This document shows positions 1 through 12,685 of a stretch of 64,000 nucleotides of DNA, piece by piece (positions within the stretch are counted from its first letter, which is position 1; every line of letters starts with the position of its first letter). Source of the stretch: Lingula anatina (Eukaryota; Animalia; Brachiopoda). The position numbers were made by a program, and so were the translations under genes. The stretch is from the NCBI GenBank assembly GCA_051362555.1, contig JBPQGU010000016.1, positions 5,022,001 through 5,086,000 on the forward strand, read 5' to 3'. The notes under the pieces are model-generated. The model was not told the origin of the DNA and searched no databases. It saw only the letters and a program-made list of their open reading frames with translations.

Positions 1-3000
1 TCACTCAAAATCACCAAAAATCGACCCGTCTCCGATTTTTCCAAAAAGTGACGAAAATCAATCTACCACACCTGTCATTCATAAAAAATGTGGAAACGCG
101 CCCGGGTCACTTCATCAAGGGCCCCCAATTCTAGCTTTAAAGATGATCCAAAAATGAGCTCTGAGAACAGAATCTGAGAGGGGGGGGGGGGGGAGACACA
201 GTTTTTGCTCTATTTCTTCCTTAATGATGACACCACCACTCTTCCAGCACTTTATTCTTACTACAAATGACCGAACACACCTACCTGACACTATAACGAA
301 GAAAAAAATTTTCATCCCTACCTGCCAAAATTGAAGAAATCTCACAGTGCCGGCACTGTTCAAAATCACTCAAAATCACCAAAAATCGACCCGTCTCCGA
401 TTTTTCCAAAAAGTGACGAAAATCAATCTACCACACCTGTCATTCATAAAAAATGTGGAAACGCGCCCGGGTCACTTCATCAAGGCCCCCAATTCTAGCT
501 TTAAAGATGATCCAAAAATGAGCTCTGAGAACAGAATCTGAGAGGGGGGGGGGGGGGAGACACAGTTTTTGCTCTATTTCTTCCTTAATGATGACACCAC
601 CACTCTTCCAGCACTTTATTCTTACTACAAATGACCGAACACACCTACCTGACACTATAACGAAGAAAAAAATTTTTCATCCCTACCTGGCCAAATTGAA
701 GAAATCTCACAGTGCCGGCACTGTTCAAAATCACTCAAAATCACCAAAATCGACCCGTCTCCGATTTTTCAAAAAGTGACGAAAATCAATCTACCACACC
801 TGTCATTCATAAAAAATGTGGAAACGCGCCCGGGTCACTTCATCAAGGCCCCCAATTCTAGCTTAAAGATGATCCAAAAATGAGCTCTGAGAACAGAATC
901 TGAGAGGGGGGGGGGGGAGACACAGTTTTTGCTCTATTTCTTCCTTAATGATGACACCACCACTCTTCCAGCACTTTATTCTTACTACAAATGACCGAAC
1001 ACACCTACCTGACACTATAACGAAGAAAAAATTTTTCATCCCTACCTGGCCAAAATTGAAGAAATCTCACAGTGCCGGCACTCTTCAAAATCACTCAAAA
1101 TCACCAAAAATCGACCCGTCTCCGATTTTTCCAAAAAGTGACGAAAATCAATCTACCACACCTGTCATTCATAAAAAATGTGGAAACGCGCCCGGTCACT
1201 TCATCAAGGCCCCCAATTCTAGCTTTAAAGATGATCAAAAATGAGCTCTGAGAACAGAATCTGAGAGGGGGGGGGGGGGAGACACAGTTTTTGCTCTATT
1301 TCTTTCTTAATGATGACACCACCACTCTTCCAGCACTTTATTCTTACTACAAATGACCGAACACACCTACCTGACACTATAACGAAGAAAAAAATTTTTC
1401 ATCCTACCTGGCCAAAATTGAAGAAATCTCACAGTGCCGGCACTGTTCAAAATCACTCAAAATCACCAAAAATCGACCCGTCTCCGATTTTTCCAAAAAG
1501 TGACGAAAATCAATCTACCACACCTGTCATTCATAAAAAATGTGGAAACGCGCCCGGGTCACTTCATCAAGGCCCCCAATTCTAGCTTTAAAGATGATCC
1601 AAAAATGAGCTCTGAGAACAGAATCTGAGAGGGGGGGGGGGGGGAGACACAGTTTTTGCTCTATTTCTTCCTTAATGATGACACCACCACTCTTCCAGCA
1701 CTTTATTCTTACTACAAATGACCGAACACACCTACCTGACACTATAACGAAGAAAAAAATTTTTCATCCCTACCTGGCCAAAATTGAAGAAATCTCACAG
1801 TGCCGGCACTGTTCAAAATCACTCAAAATCACCAAAAATCGACCCGTCTCCGATTTTTCCAAAAAGTGACGAAAATCAATCTACCACACCTGTCCATTCA
1901 TAAAAAATGTGGAAACGCGCCCGGGTCACTTCATCAAGGCCCCCAATTCTAGCTTTAAAGATGATCCAAAAATGAGCTCTGAGAACAGAATCTGAGAGGG
2001 GGGGGGGGGGGAGACACAGTTTTTGCTCTATTTCTTCCTTAATGATGACACCACCACTCTTCCAGCACTTTATTCTTACTACAAATGACCGAACACACCT
2101 ACCTGACACTATAACGAAGAAAAAATTTTTCATCCCTACCTGGCCAAAATTGAAGAAATCTCACAGTGCCGGCACTGTTCAAAATCACTCAAAATCACCA
2201 AAAATCGACCCGTCTCCGATTTTTCCAAAAAGTGACGAAAATCAATCTACCACACCTGTCATTCATAAAAAATGTGGAAACGCGCCCGGGTCACTTCATC
2301 AAGGCCCCCAATTCTAGCTTTAAAGATGATCCAAAAATGAGCTCTGAGAACAGAATCTGAGAGGGGGGGGGGGGAGACACAGTTTTTGCTCTATTTCTTC
2401 CTTAATGATGACACCACCACTCTTCCAGCACTTTATTCTTACTACAAATGACCGAACACACCTACCTGACACTATAACGAAGAAAAAAATTTTTCATCCC
2501 TACCTGGCCAAAATTGAAGAAATCTCACAGTGCCGGGCACTCTTCAAAATCACTCAAAATCACCAAAAATCGACCCGTCTCCGATTTTTCCAAAAAGTGA
2601 CGAAAATCAATCTACCACACCTGTCATTCATAAAAAATGTGGAAACGCGCCCGGGTCACTTCATCAAGGCCCCCAATTCTAGCTTTAAAGATGATCCAAA
2701 AATGAGCTCTGAGAACAGAATCTGAGAGGGGGGGGGGGGGGGAGACACAGTTTTTGCTCTATTTCTTCCTTAATGATGACACCACCACTCTTCCAGCACT
2801 TTATTCTTACTACAAATGACCGAACACACCTACCTGACACTATAACGAAGAAAAAAATTTTTCATCCCTACCTGGCCAAAATTGAAGAAATCTCACAGTG
2901 CCGGCACTGTTCAAAATCACTCAAAATCACCAAAAATCGACCCGTCTCCGATTTTTTCCAAAAAGTGACGAAAATCAATCTACCACACCTGTCATTCATA

Positions 3001-6000
3001 AAAATGTGGAAACGCGCCCGGGTCACTTCATCAAGGCCCCCAATTCTAGCTTTAAAGATGATCCAAAAATGAGCTCTGATAACAGAATCTGAGAGGGGGG
3101 GGGGGGGAGACACAGTTTTTGCTCTATTTCTTCCTTAATGATGACACCACCACTCTTCCAGCACTTTATTCTTACTACAAATGACCGAACACACCTACCT
3201 GACACTATAACGAAGAAAAAAATTTTTCATCCCTACCTGGCCAAAATTGAAGAAATCTCACAGTGCCGGCACTGTTCAAAATCACTCAAAATCACCAAAA
3301 ATCGACCCGTCTCCGATTTTTCCAAAAAGTGACGAAAATCAATCTACCACACCTGTCATTCATAAAAAATGTGGAAACGCGCCCGGGTCACTTCATCAAG
3401 GCCCCCAATTCTAGCTTTAAAGATGATCCAAAAATGAGCTCTGAGAACAGAATCTGAGAGGGGGGGGGGGGGAGACACAGTTTTTGCTCTATTTCTTCCT
3501 TAATGATGACACCACCACTCTTCCAGCACTTTATTCTTACTACAAATGACCGAACACACCTACCTGACACTATAACGAAGAAAAAATTTTTCATCCCTAC
3601 CTGGCCAAAATTGAAGAAATCTCACAGTGCCGGCACTGTTCAAAATCACTCAAATCACCAAAAATCGACCCGTCTCCGATTTTTCCAAAAAGTGACGAAA
3701 ATCAATCTACCACACCTGTCATTCATAAAAAATGTGGAAACGCGCCCGGGTCACTTCATCAAGGCCCCAATTCTAGCTTTAAAGATGATCCAAAAATGAG
3801 CTCTGAGAACAGAATCTGAGAGGGGGGGGGGGGAGACACAGTTTTTGCTCTATTTCTTCCTTAATGATGACACCACCACTCTTCCAGCACTTTATTCTTA
3901 CTACAAATGACCGAACACACCTACCTGACACTATAACGAAGAAAAAAATTTTTCATCCCTACCTGGCCAAAATTGAAGAAATCTCACAGTGCCGGCACTG
4001 TTCAAAATCACTCAAAATCACCAAAAATCGACCCGTCTCCGATTTTTCCAAAAAGTGACGAAAATCAATCTACCACACCTGTCATTCATAAAAAATGTGA
4101 AACGCGCCCGGGTCACTTCATCAAGGCCCCCAATTCTAGCTTTAAAGATGATCCAAAAATGAGCTCTGAGAACAGAATCTGAGAGGGGGGGGGGGGGGAG
4201 ACACAGTTTTTGCTCTATTTCTTCCTTAATGATGACACCACCACTCTTCCAGCACTTTATTCTTACTACAAATGACCGAACACACCTACCTGACACTATA
4301 ACGAAGAAAAAAATTTTTCATCCCTACCTGGCCAAAATTGAAGAAATCTCACAGTGCCGGCACTGTTCAAAATCACTCAAAATCACCAAAAATCGACCCG
4401 TCTCCGATTTTTCCAAAAAAGTGACGAAAATCAATCTACCACACCTGTCATTCATAAAAAATGTGGAAACGCGCCCGGGTCACTTCATCAAGGCCCCCAA
4501 TTCTAGCTTTAAAGATGATCCAAAAATGAGCTCTGAGAACAGAATCTGAGAGGGGGGGGGGGGGGAGACACAGTTTTTGCTCTATTTCTTCCTTAATGAT
4601 GACACCACCACTCTTCCAGCACTTTATTTTTACTACAAATGACCGAACACACCTACCTGACACTATAACGAAGAAAAAAATTTTTCATCCCTACCTGGCC
4701 AAAATTGAAGAAATCTCACAGTGCCGGCACTGTTCAAAATCACTCAAAATCACCAAAAATCGACCCGTCTCCGATTTTTCCAAAAAGTGACGAAAATCAA
4801 TCTACCACACCTGTCATTCATAAAAAATGTGGAAACGCGCCCGGGTCACTTCATCAAGGCCCCAATTCTAGCTTTAAAGATGATCCAAAAATGAGCTCTG
4901 AGAACAGAATCTGAGAGGGGGGGGGGGAGACACAGTTTTTGCTCTATTTCTTCCTTAATGATGACACCACCACTCTTCCAGCACTTTATTCTTACTACAA
5001 ATGACCGAACACACCTACCTGACACTATAACGAAGAAAAAATTTTTCATCCCTACCTGGCCAAAATTGAAGAAATCTCACAGTGCCGGCACTGTTCAAAA
5101 TCACTCAAAATCACCAAAAATCGACCCGTCTCCGATTTTTTCCAAAAAGTGACGAAAATCAATCTACCACACCTGTCATTCATAAAAAATGTGGAAACGC
5201 GCCCGGGTCACTTCATCAAGGCCCCCAATTCTAGCTTTAAAGATGATCCAAAAATGAGCTCTGAGAACAGAATCTGAGAGGGGGGGGGGGGGGAGACACA
5301 GTTTTTGCTCTATTTCTTCCTTAATGATGACACCACCACTCTTCCAGCACTTTATTCTTACTACAAATGACCGAACACACCTACCTGACACTATAACGAA
5401 GAAAAAAATTTTTCATCCCTACCTGGCCAAAATTGAAGAAATCTCACAGTGCCGGCACTGTTCAAAATCACTCAAAATCACCAAAAATCGACCCGTCTCC
5501 GATTTTTCCAAAAAGTGACGAAAATCAATCTACCACACCTGTCATTCATAAAAAATGTGGAAACGCGCCCGGGTCACTTCATCCAAGGCCCCCAATTCTA
5601 GCTTTAAAGATGATCCAAAAATGAGCTCTGAGAACAGAATCTGAGAGGGGGGGGGGGGGGGGAGACACAGTTTTTGCTCTATTTCTTCCTTAATGATGAC
5701 ACCACCACTCTTCCAGCACTTTATTCTTACTACAAATGAACCCGAACACACCTACCTGACACTATAACGAAGAAAAAAATTTTTCATCCCTACCTGGCCA
5801 AAATTGAAGAAATCTCACAGTGCCGGCACTGTTCAAAATCACTCAAAATCACCAAAAATCGACCCGTCTCCGATTTTTCCAAAAAGTGACGAAAATCAAT
5901 CTACCACACCTGTCATTCATAAAAAATGTGGAAACGCGCCCGGGTCACTTCATCAAGGCCCCCAATTCTAGCTTTAAGGATGATCCAAAAATGAGCTCTG

Positions 6001-7199
6001 AGAACAGAATCTGAGAGGGGGGTGGGGGGGGGGAGACACAGTTTTTGCTCTATTTCTTCCTTAATGATGACACCACCACTCTTCCAGCACTTTATTCTTA
6101 CTACAAATGACCGAACACACCTACCTGACACTATAACGAAGAAAAAAATTTTTCATCCCTACCTGGCCAAAATTGAAGAAATCTCACAGTGCCGGCACTG
6201 TTCAAAATCACTCAAAATCACCAAAAATCGACCCGTCTCCGATTTTTCAAAAAGTGACGAAAATCAATCTACCACACCTGTCATTCATAAAAAATGTGGA
6301 AAACGCGCCCGGGTCACTTCATCAAGGCCCCCAATTCTAGCTTTAAAGATGATCCAAAAATGAGCTCTGAGAACAGAATCTGAGAGGGGGGGGGGGGGGG
6401 GAGGACACAGTTTTTGCTCTATTTCTTCCTTAATGATGACACCACCACTCTTCCAGCACTTTATTCTTACTACAAATGACCGAACACCACCTACCTGACA
6501 CTATAACGAAGAAAAAAATTTTTCATCCCTACCTGGCCAAAATTGAAGAAATCTCACAGTGCGGCACTGTTCAAAATCACTCAAAATCACCAAAAATCGA
6601 CCCGTCTCCGATTTTTCCAAAAAGTGACGAAAATCAATCTACCACACCTGTCATTCATAAAAAATGTGGAAACGCGCCCGGGTCACTTCATCAAGGCCCC
6701 CAATTCTAGCTTTAAAGATGATCCAAAAATGAGCTCTGAGAACAGAATCTGAGAGGGGGGGGGGGGAGACACAGTTTTTGCTCTATTTCTTCCTTAATGA
6801 TGACACCACCACTCTTCCAGCACTTTATTCTTACTACAAATGACCGAACACACCTACCTGACACTATAACGAAGAAAAAAATTTTTCATCCCTACCTGGC
6901 CAAAATTGAAGAAATCTCAACAGTGCCGGCACTGTTCAAAAATCACTCAAAATCACCAAAAATCGACCCGTCTCCGATTTTTTCCAAAAGTGACGAAAAT
7001 CAATCTACCACACCTGTCATTCATAAAAAAATGTGGAAACGCGCCCCGGGGTCACTTCATCAAGGCCCCCAATTCTAGCTTTAAAGATGATCCAAAAATG
7101 AGCTCTGAGAACAGAATCTGAGAGGGGGGGGGGGGGAGACACAGTTTTTGCTCTATTTCTTCCTTAATGATGACACACCACTCTTCCAGCACTTTATTC
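1..7199 (+). repeat. Satellite DNA array A, ~364 bp monomer, ~20 head-to-tail copies (open at window start)
   Basis: The unit (GAGACACAGTTTTTGCTC...ACAGTGCCGGCACTGT...CTTTAAAGATGATCC...GAATCTGAGA-polyG) recurs every ~362-369 bp. The match to the monomer ends at ...CCAGCACTTTATTC 7199. Confidence 0.99.
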
Positions 7200-7659
7200 A
7201 AATTTATAAGAAAAATGTAAGAAATAAAATATACTGTTAATTATGTTTTTATGAAATATGTGAAATAAAAAGTTTATAATCATATCAAAAACTTTGTCAC
7301 ATGCCCTTTCTTATAGTTATCTGAATTATCAACTTGTCATAATTTACTATTTTAATTTCTAGAGTTAATTATTATTCTTATTCAAACAAGAAATTATCAA
7401 TTATACACAGAAAAATTAAAGTCAATAACAAATCAACACTGCCAGCAAATTTTACTCTGCCCAAGCTACAGTCACTACAGGTATATAGGATAGTAGGCCT
7501 ACACACTGACAGAGATTTGATACCTATGCCACGGTGACATTTTACAACTCTACTCGTCGGTTTGTTGATCATAAATTGCACATTTTTTCAAGTGTTTCAT
7601 TATTAGTTTGTAGCATCCATATTTATATTTATATACATTTAATACATAATGAAACAAAG

Positions 7660-7930
7660 TCGGCGTAACGTTACGCAAATGCCCCAATAAACAATGCATC
7701 GCACACAGTTGCGCCAACGCTTTACTGGACGAAGACGCAGGAAGACGTCGCCGGGAGCTCACTTTCGATGCACTCGGAACTACTCGGATGTCTCCGCACT
7801 CGACAGTATGGAGCTTGCGGAATGAGTCGAGGATTGCCGATTGCTTTCGATGTTCACTCATCGACGGCAAAACGTCAAATGACTGACGTGCGTGCGCATC
7901 TTTTGACGTATCACGTGATACCCTTCCAAC
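7660..7930 (-). other. CpG-rich segment, possibly the promoter and first exon of another transposon gene (MSEHRKQSAILDSFRK...)
   Basis: High local CpG content in an AT-rich island. TGACGT and TCACGTGA motifs at ~7884-7918 lie just upstream of a minus-strand ATG at ~7861. No recognisable domain. Confidence 0.25.
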
Positions 7931-8729
7931 CACCACTGAATGCAGGTCGTCTTCTTACAGGGTCTAGCTATCCAGTGACCAACCAGGAGCATAGCTTGCA
8001 CTGCGATGCGCGACTTTTTCTTATGCAAATTACAACTGGTACAGTGCATGGCACATTTGAGGAGTTGCTGTGGAAATTGGTCTCAAAGAACGGCGAAATT
8101 ATGGAATATTATTTTACTATTGTGACAAGGCTATTACCCGCGTAGACCTATTTGTCACCATACATAATATTTTTCTAGGACAACTAGTTTATATTAAATC
8201 AAAAACTAAAAATAGCAATGAAGATAGGTATAACAAGTAAATGATGATGCTCATACATTCGGGGAGTAGCTTTGCGTAGGATGAAATATATTGTATTGTA
8301 CGCCCCCCTGGCTGTCGATTGTAAGTAATAGACATAAACTGGCCCGCTCGAAGATTCTGCGGGTCCGTGGTCAAAGTTAAATAAAAATAACCATGATTAA
8401 GGGAAGTTATTGAAGTTATCAATTTAAGATTTTAGAGATACTAATAAATCTTTTTTAACACTGGTCGTATTCACAAAAGATCGTAAACATTACAGAGAGA
8501 AGGAAAAGTACCCAAATGAAGGGAGGGGGGGTGTGAAGGAGCGCAATGTGAAACAAATTAATATTATGTTCTTATTTATCTATTCAATATCATAAATAAT
8601 TTGTAAAGTCTTCACTCTTGATTCAAATAAATAAAAAGCAACAATTAAAACTTGTAGTACTTGCCACAGAAGACAAACTGAAGTAAAACATTTGAAATAG
8701 CAAAAAAAGAGGAAGACAAGTAAAAAAAA

Positions 8730-9360
8730 TTAAATTCCCAAATTTTTAGAAACTAATAATCTTTCTTCGACAGTATCTTTAACATAACCGTCTTTTGCGT
8801 TTTCAGATCGCCATCTACCGTGTTTCTTAAACAGTCTGTCTTTAGTCCCTGCATTAGAATCCAGCATATGAAATCAAACAAACGGAAAGTACTCGGAGAT
8901 CCTTCAAAGTGACTTCCGAACTCATTAAATTAGTAACCAATTGAGAAATGTGCTTAGCAGTTACAGGTTCCTTTTTTGTTACTCTATGATCTTTCCTTCT
9001 CTGAGATGCTTCCTTCACTGCAATAACGAATTTTGACTCGCAATTTCGGATTTTTCTTACAGTTGGCTGTACCATGAAACCATTTTAAAGTGTAAAAAGA
9101 TGTCTAAACCGCAGCAGAAGAATTACAAGATTGTGACAAATTTTGAAGATAAAAAGCAACAATCGAGTCTTTCGCTGTAAAGAAAGAGGTCACACCGATC
9201 GTATTACACCGTTCAAGCCATTTTTGGAAGCCGTAAGAATATTTTCTCACTGTGTTGTCTGCTCTTGACTTCAAAATGACATCTGGTAATGAATCTGCTA
9301 AAGCCTTCAAACTTTTATTGCTTGTAACCTCCACGTCTTGGAGGATAGCATTATCAAGAA
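8730..9360 (-). pseudogene. Tyrosine recombinase of DIRS/Ngaro type, frameshifted and internally deleted
   Basis: N-terminal part LADSLPDVILKSRADNTVRKYSYGFQKW..VAFYLQNL; middle KKEPVT..LKDLR..CLISYAGF. My translation of 8855-8730 gives NAGTKDRLFKKHGRWRSENAKDGYVKDTVEERLLVSKNLGI*, which contains the HGRW..Y box II. Confidence 0.9.
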
Positions 9361-9551
9361 AACATGAAAAAGGAAAAAAAGAAAATTTTTGAAAACAAAA
9401 CTCTAGCAATCGTTCCCATAATCTCTGTTCATCCTGGACAATAATCATGTCATTGATCAATGATTGTGATCCTAATGGCTATTTCTTCCTTTCCTTCCTT
9501 CAATGTTGCAGAACTCCATTACAGCATCTGTTGTATCAATAACCCATTGGT

Positions 9552-9665
9552 AACTAGAGCGCAGACCTCCGCCAAGGCAGCGATTTTTGATTCTTATCCT
9601 TGTTCCACTTCGTACAGTTCCTGAAAAATTCATCAAAATCGGTCTAAGAAATGCATAAACAAAGC
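9552..9665 (+). mobile_element. Possible truncated Helentron/HINE-like non-autonomous element nested between RNase H and YR
   Basis: Begins AACTAGAGCGCAGACCTCCGCCAAGG and contains AAAATTCATCAAAATCGG, motifs I recall from HINE-like repeats. It interrupts the retrotransposon coding region. The matching 3' CCTTGGCGGAGGT is absent. Confidence 0.35.
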
Positions 9666-9789
9666 CATCTCCATTATATCAATGATCCAATGATCGTCTG
9701 TTTATCTCTCCTTCGAAGAAAGTGAGTTTTAAATTCTATAAACAGATGACCAATTATTCATCTACTTTAAATCCCTTTAAATATGAAAA

Positions 9790-10500
9790 ATTTAGTCGTA
9801 TTTAAAACAAATGGTCCCAAACCGGGTTTTCTGGCATCTGAATAGACCGTTTTTAACTTACTAGGCAAGCTTTGTACACGTAGACTTTTCTCATTAAAAA
9901 AAAAAAACTAAATTGTCTTTCCAAAAATTAATTCTTTAATGCAAGACATTCGTCTTTAATATTAATATCAAAATCCCAATGCTTCCTTTTCAGTATCACT
10001 GAGTATATACCTCTAGTTATTTATCTAGATACATTTCCAATCAATGGAGACATAATAATAAAATAGAAATAATTTTACCTGTAACCCTCGCCAATTGTAT
10101 AGCTGTTATATACGGTATACTGAAACCAATTCGTCTAAAAGACACAGAGTATTACTAGTACATGTAGAAAGCCTTTTTTCGGGAATAAACAATCCCCTTA
10201 CTTCCATGTCCCAAAAAATCCCCAACCATTCCAATTTGTTGACTGGTTCTAATTTACTTTTTTCAGCGTTTAAAACAAAATCTGCTTTAAACAGATCCAT
10301 TTTAATTTTTTTAGAATGTAGTTTTAAATGTAATATATTTTTCTAGAGAATTTTCAGACAAAATACCGTCATCTAAATAAACAACAATGGGGATTCCATT
10401 TTTCTCCAATACCCAACTAAACGTCTAAGTATTTTAGTAAAAATAAACGGTGCTGAAGAAAGGCCAAACGAAAGTACCAAAAAAAAAAAAATTCTTTCCG
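9790..10500 (-). pseudogene. Reverse transcriptase (C-terminal half) and start of RNase H, DIRS/Ngaro type, multiple frameshifts
   Basis: VLSFGLSSAPFIFTKILRRLVGYWR, then after a frameshift NGIPIVVYLDDG (YLDD at 10368-10379). Downstream are DLFKADFVLNAEKS..P..LEWLGIFWD, LARVTGKIIS and the RNase H motif TVYSDA at ~9833-9850. Confidence 0.9.
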
Positions 10501-10599
10501 TTGATTTAAAAAAGTTTGAGATGCCGGAGCAATATCTAAATGGTGAATAAAAAATAAACACAACACTAAACTGCAGAATTATCTCAACAAATATTATCT

Positions 10600-11430
10600 G
10601 TGGTCTTGCTCACATTCCCAAAAGTGAGAGTATAATATGCCTTTGGTCCATGCAACCAGATCTCTTGTCCTCCTTGTCTGTTCAGCCTAAAATATAAAAT
10701 TGCAAGACAGCTATATAATTCTTAATGCATAACTCTATTAAAAAGGAAAATGTCCATGATAGAAAAAACTCATTTATTTTTTCTACCTGAAGATATGGAA
10801 AATGGTGCAATAGTTTGTGTTGTTCTCATGCATATCTACTCACAGTGATTATCTTCTTTCCAAGATTTTTGCCCCATGCCAAATCACCCACGAATGTTTT
10901 ATCCCGACTCATTTTTTTTTCTGAAATAAGGAAAATTTAGCTAAATATATAGAGAGATATAACAAAAAATCGCAAGAATTGCAACTAAATAATCACATCA
11001 GGTAGATACATTTCACATACTAAATTTGCTTTCTAATTATTATAGTAAGACCTAAACAGCACTTTGTACTTAAGTGTGCAACAAGGGCATCTTTGACCAC
11101 TTCTGTTGCACTGATTCCTTTTTTTTTTCAGGAAATCCATAGCCCTGACAAACCCTTCCTTCTCCATTACAGAGCTACTCAGCTTGGTTTCTTTCTTCCT
11201 TACAACTTCTGCTTGCAACACATCCCCTGTTTCATAGTCAACAATAATGCTCGCGCAATATTGTGCACTATGTCCTGGGCTGTCCATTCTGCCATCAACT
11301 ATGAATAAATGGGATATATCGAAACACGGACATCATAAATATGTGGTGCGACAATTCCTAAAACAACACTTGGTGGGATTTAGGACACATTCCTATAGAC
11401 ACCACAGGTCTACATTGATCGACCAGACTT
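10600..11430 (-). pseudogene. Kolobok DDE transposase catalytic-core remnant, 3-4 exons
   Basis: DGRMDSPGHSAQYC...SSVMEKEGF (from 11298 down). Exon 10920-10844 reads GIKHSWVIWHGAK/LGKKI, flanked by ttCAG and GTGAGT. Exon from 10686 reads AEQTRRTRDLVAWTKGI..HFWEC after ttttAG. These match the Kolobok motifs GDGRxDSPGHSA, MExEG, HxxDxWH and WxxxIxNHxW. Confidence 0.85.
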
Positions 11431-11519
11431 GGCATGGATTTTCACTGCTATCAGCTGAATAGGTACCCCCCCCCTCTAAGAAATAAAATTGTTCATGTTC
11501 CTTTTGTTGATATATATTT

Positions 11520-11523
<4 letters not shown>

Positions 11524-11575
<52 letters not shown>
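11524..11575. repeat. (TA)26 microsatellite
   Basis: Uninterrupted TA run. Confidence 0.98.
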
Positions 11576-11579
<4 letters not shown>

Positions 11580-12354
11580 CCAAAGGAATAGAGGGTAATA
11601 AGTCATACTCAAATTATATTTTAGGATGCCAACCCATGTTATTTTTCATCTTACTCCTTCTCAAAGTGTGTCTTGCCTTTAAATGTAAAGCTCTATGTTA
11701 TTTAATGAAAGACAATATAAGTTCCATCTGTTTAGAGATGTATGTCGGTCTGCTTTATAGCAATTAAGTCCCTGCTGTGGTTTAGGCCTACTGGTCACAA
11801 CCAGAACATCAGAACCACTGCTTCCATCCACCGCTTCTACTTGTGGACATGGGTACACTTGATATAGAAACAAAACACGCATTAAGTTAAAATTTTAGAT
11901 TAATCCATTTAATCCATAAAGTTTAAATAACACATTTGCAATAAAGTTTTTGATTAAGTTTTTTATCAGAATTAAAATAGATTATTCTAATAATGTTATT
12001 AAAGTATGTGCCCTTTTTCAAATGCAAAGAATGCAAAGCAACCCTTATATATACATGTACCTGTATATAAATATGTTTGATAAGATCTATTGGAGATATT
12101 TAAGCACATTTAAAAGACACTCACTCAGAAACAGAGTTTTCAATATCGCTTAATTTGGGATCAGGAATGGACTTAGCAGTGGTCCTCACCCTCGCCTGAA
12201 CAAAGAAGCTCAACCAAATCAAGAACAAATCAATATCCGAATAACGACGGTGATATGGCCCTGCTGGCGCATATTAATTTCGTGATCTGTAAACACAGGG
12301 AATCAGCAGTTGTAAACATTATCTTATAGTATATTTTGAACAAGCGGTCTGTAC

Positions 12355-12430
12355 AGGGAGGGGGGGGGGGGGGCGGGGTCGGCCCGCCCCCTTAAAATAT
12401 TCCTGGATCCGCCCCTGGATCCGCCACATG
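12355..12430 (-). mobile_element. Probable MITE/hAT-like terminal remnant (CAGGGGCGGATCCAGG end) next to a G-rich tract
   Basis: CCTGGATCCGCCCCTG followed by GATCCGCCACATG. Resembles a terminal motif I recall from invertebrate non-autonomous DNA elements. No partner end or TSD found. Confidence 0.4.
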
Positions 12431-12496
12431 GTACCTATCTGTATCCTTGGACCTAAATAGGTCCAAGCTGTATCTTAAAAAAAAAAAAAAAAAACT

Positions 12497-12685
12497 GCTG
12501 GTATATGATAGACGGGAAGAGGGAGCGCATGGGAAATGACGGTGTAGGCCGGATCTAAAGCCTTCCACAGTTTCAGCAGTAACTTGTTGGTCACTTCGTT
12601 CATTCCACTCGGAGACTGTTCTGGTAAAGAAAGAGTTTCAAACTGGTGTGTCGCAGTGTGATTCTTGCACTTTAGAGTTTGTTTT
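12497..12685 (-). mobile_element. 3' end fragment of a CR1/L2-group LINE ORF2
   Basis: Minus-strand translation SKVQESHCDTPV*NSFFTRTVSEWNERSDQQVTAETVEGFRSGL matches the SFFxRxxxxWNxL...FKxxL C-terminal motif of CR1/L2-group non-LTR elements. Confidence 0.7.

Larger units (their letters stand above)
8520..10500 (-). mobile_element. Decayed tyrosine-recombinase retrotransposon (DIRS order, Ngaro-like), 5'-truncated; boundaries approximate
   Basis: RT, RNase H and YR remnants lie co-oriented on the minus strand in the canonical DIRS/Ngaro order. Confidence 0.85.

Noticed and set aside
125-240. Satellite monomer as a tandem TTAA-joined Kolobok or piggyBac MITE
   Set aside because: Sequences flanking either TTAA in the monomer are not inverted repeats beyond 2 bp (AGATGATCC vs AGCTAGAAT; TGATGACAC vs GGAAGAAAT).
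7679-7890. Second THAP-like start (MP/NKQCIAHSCAN) on the plus strand
   Set aside because: It requires a frameshift and lacks the P, CxxHF and AVP motifs.
11489-11767. 92 aa ORF with IYIYIY run
   Set aside because: It is a translation of the (TA)n microsatellite.
12477-12494. A18 run as the LINE poly(A) tail
   Set aside because: The LINE fragment is on the minus strand, where this run reads as poly-T.
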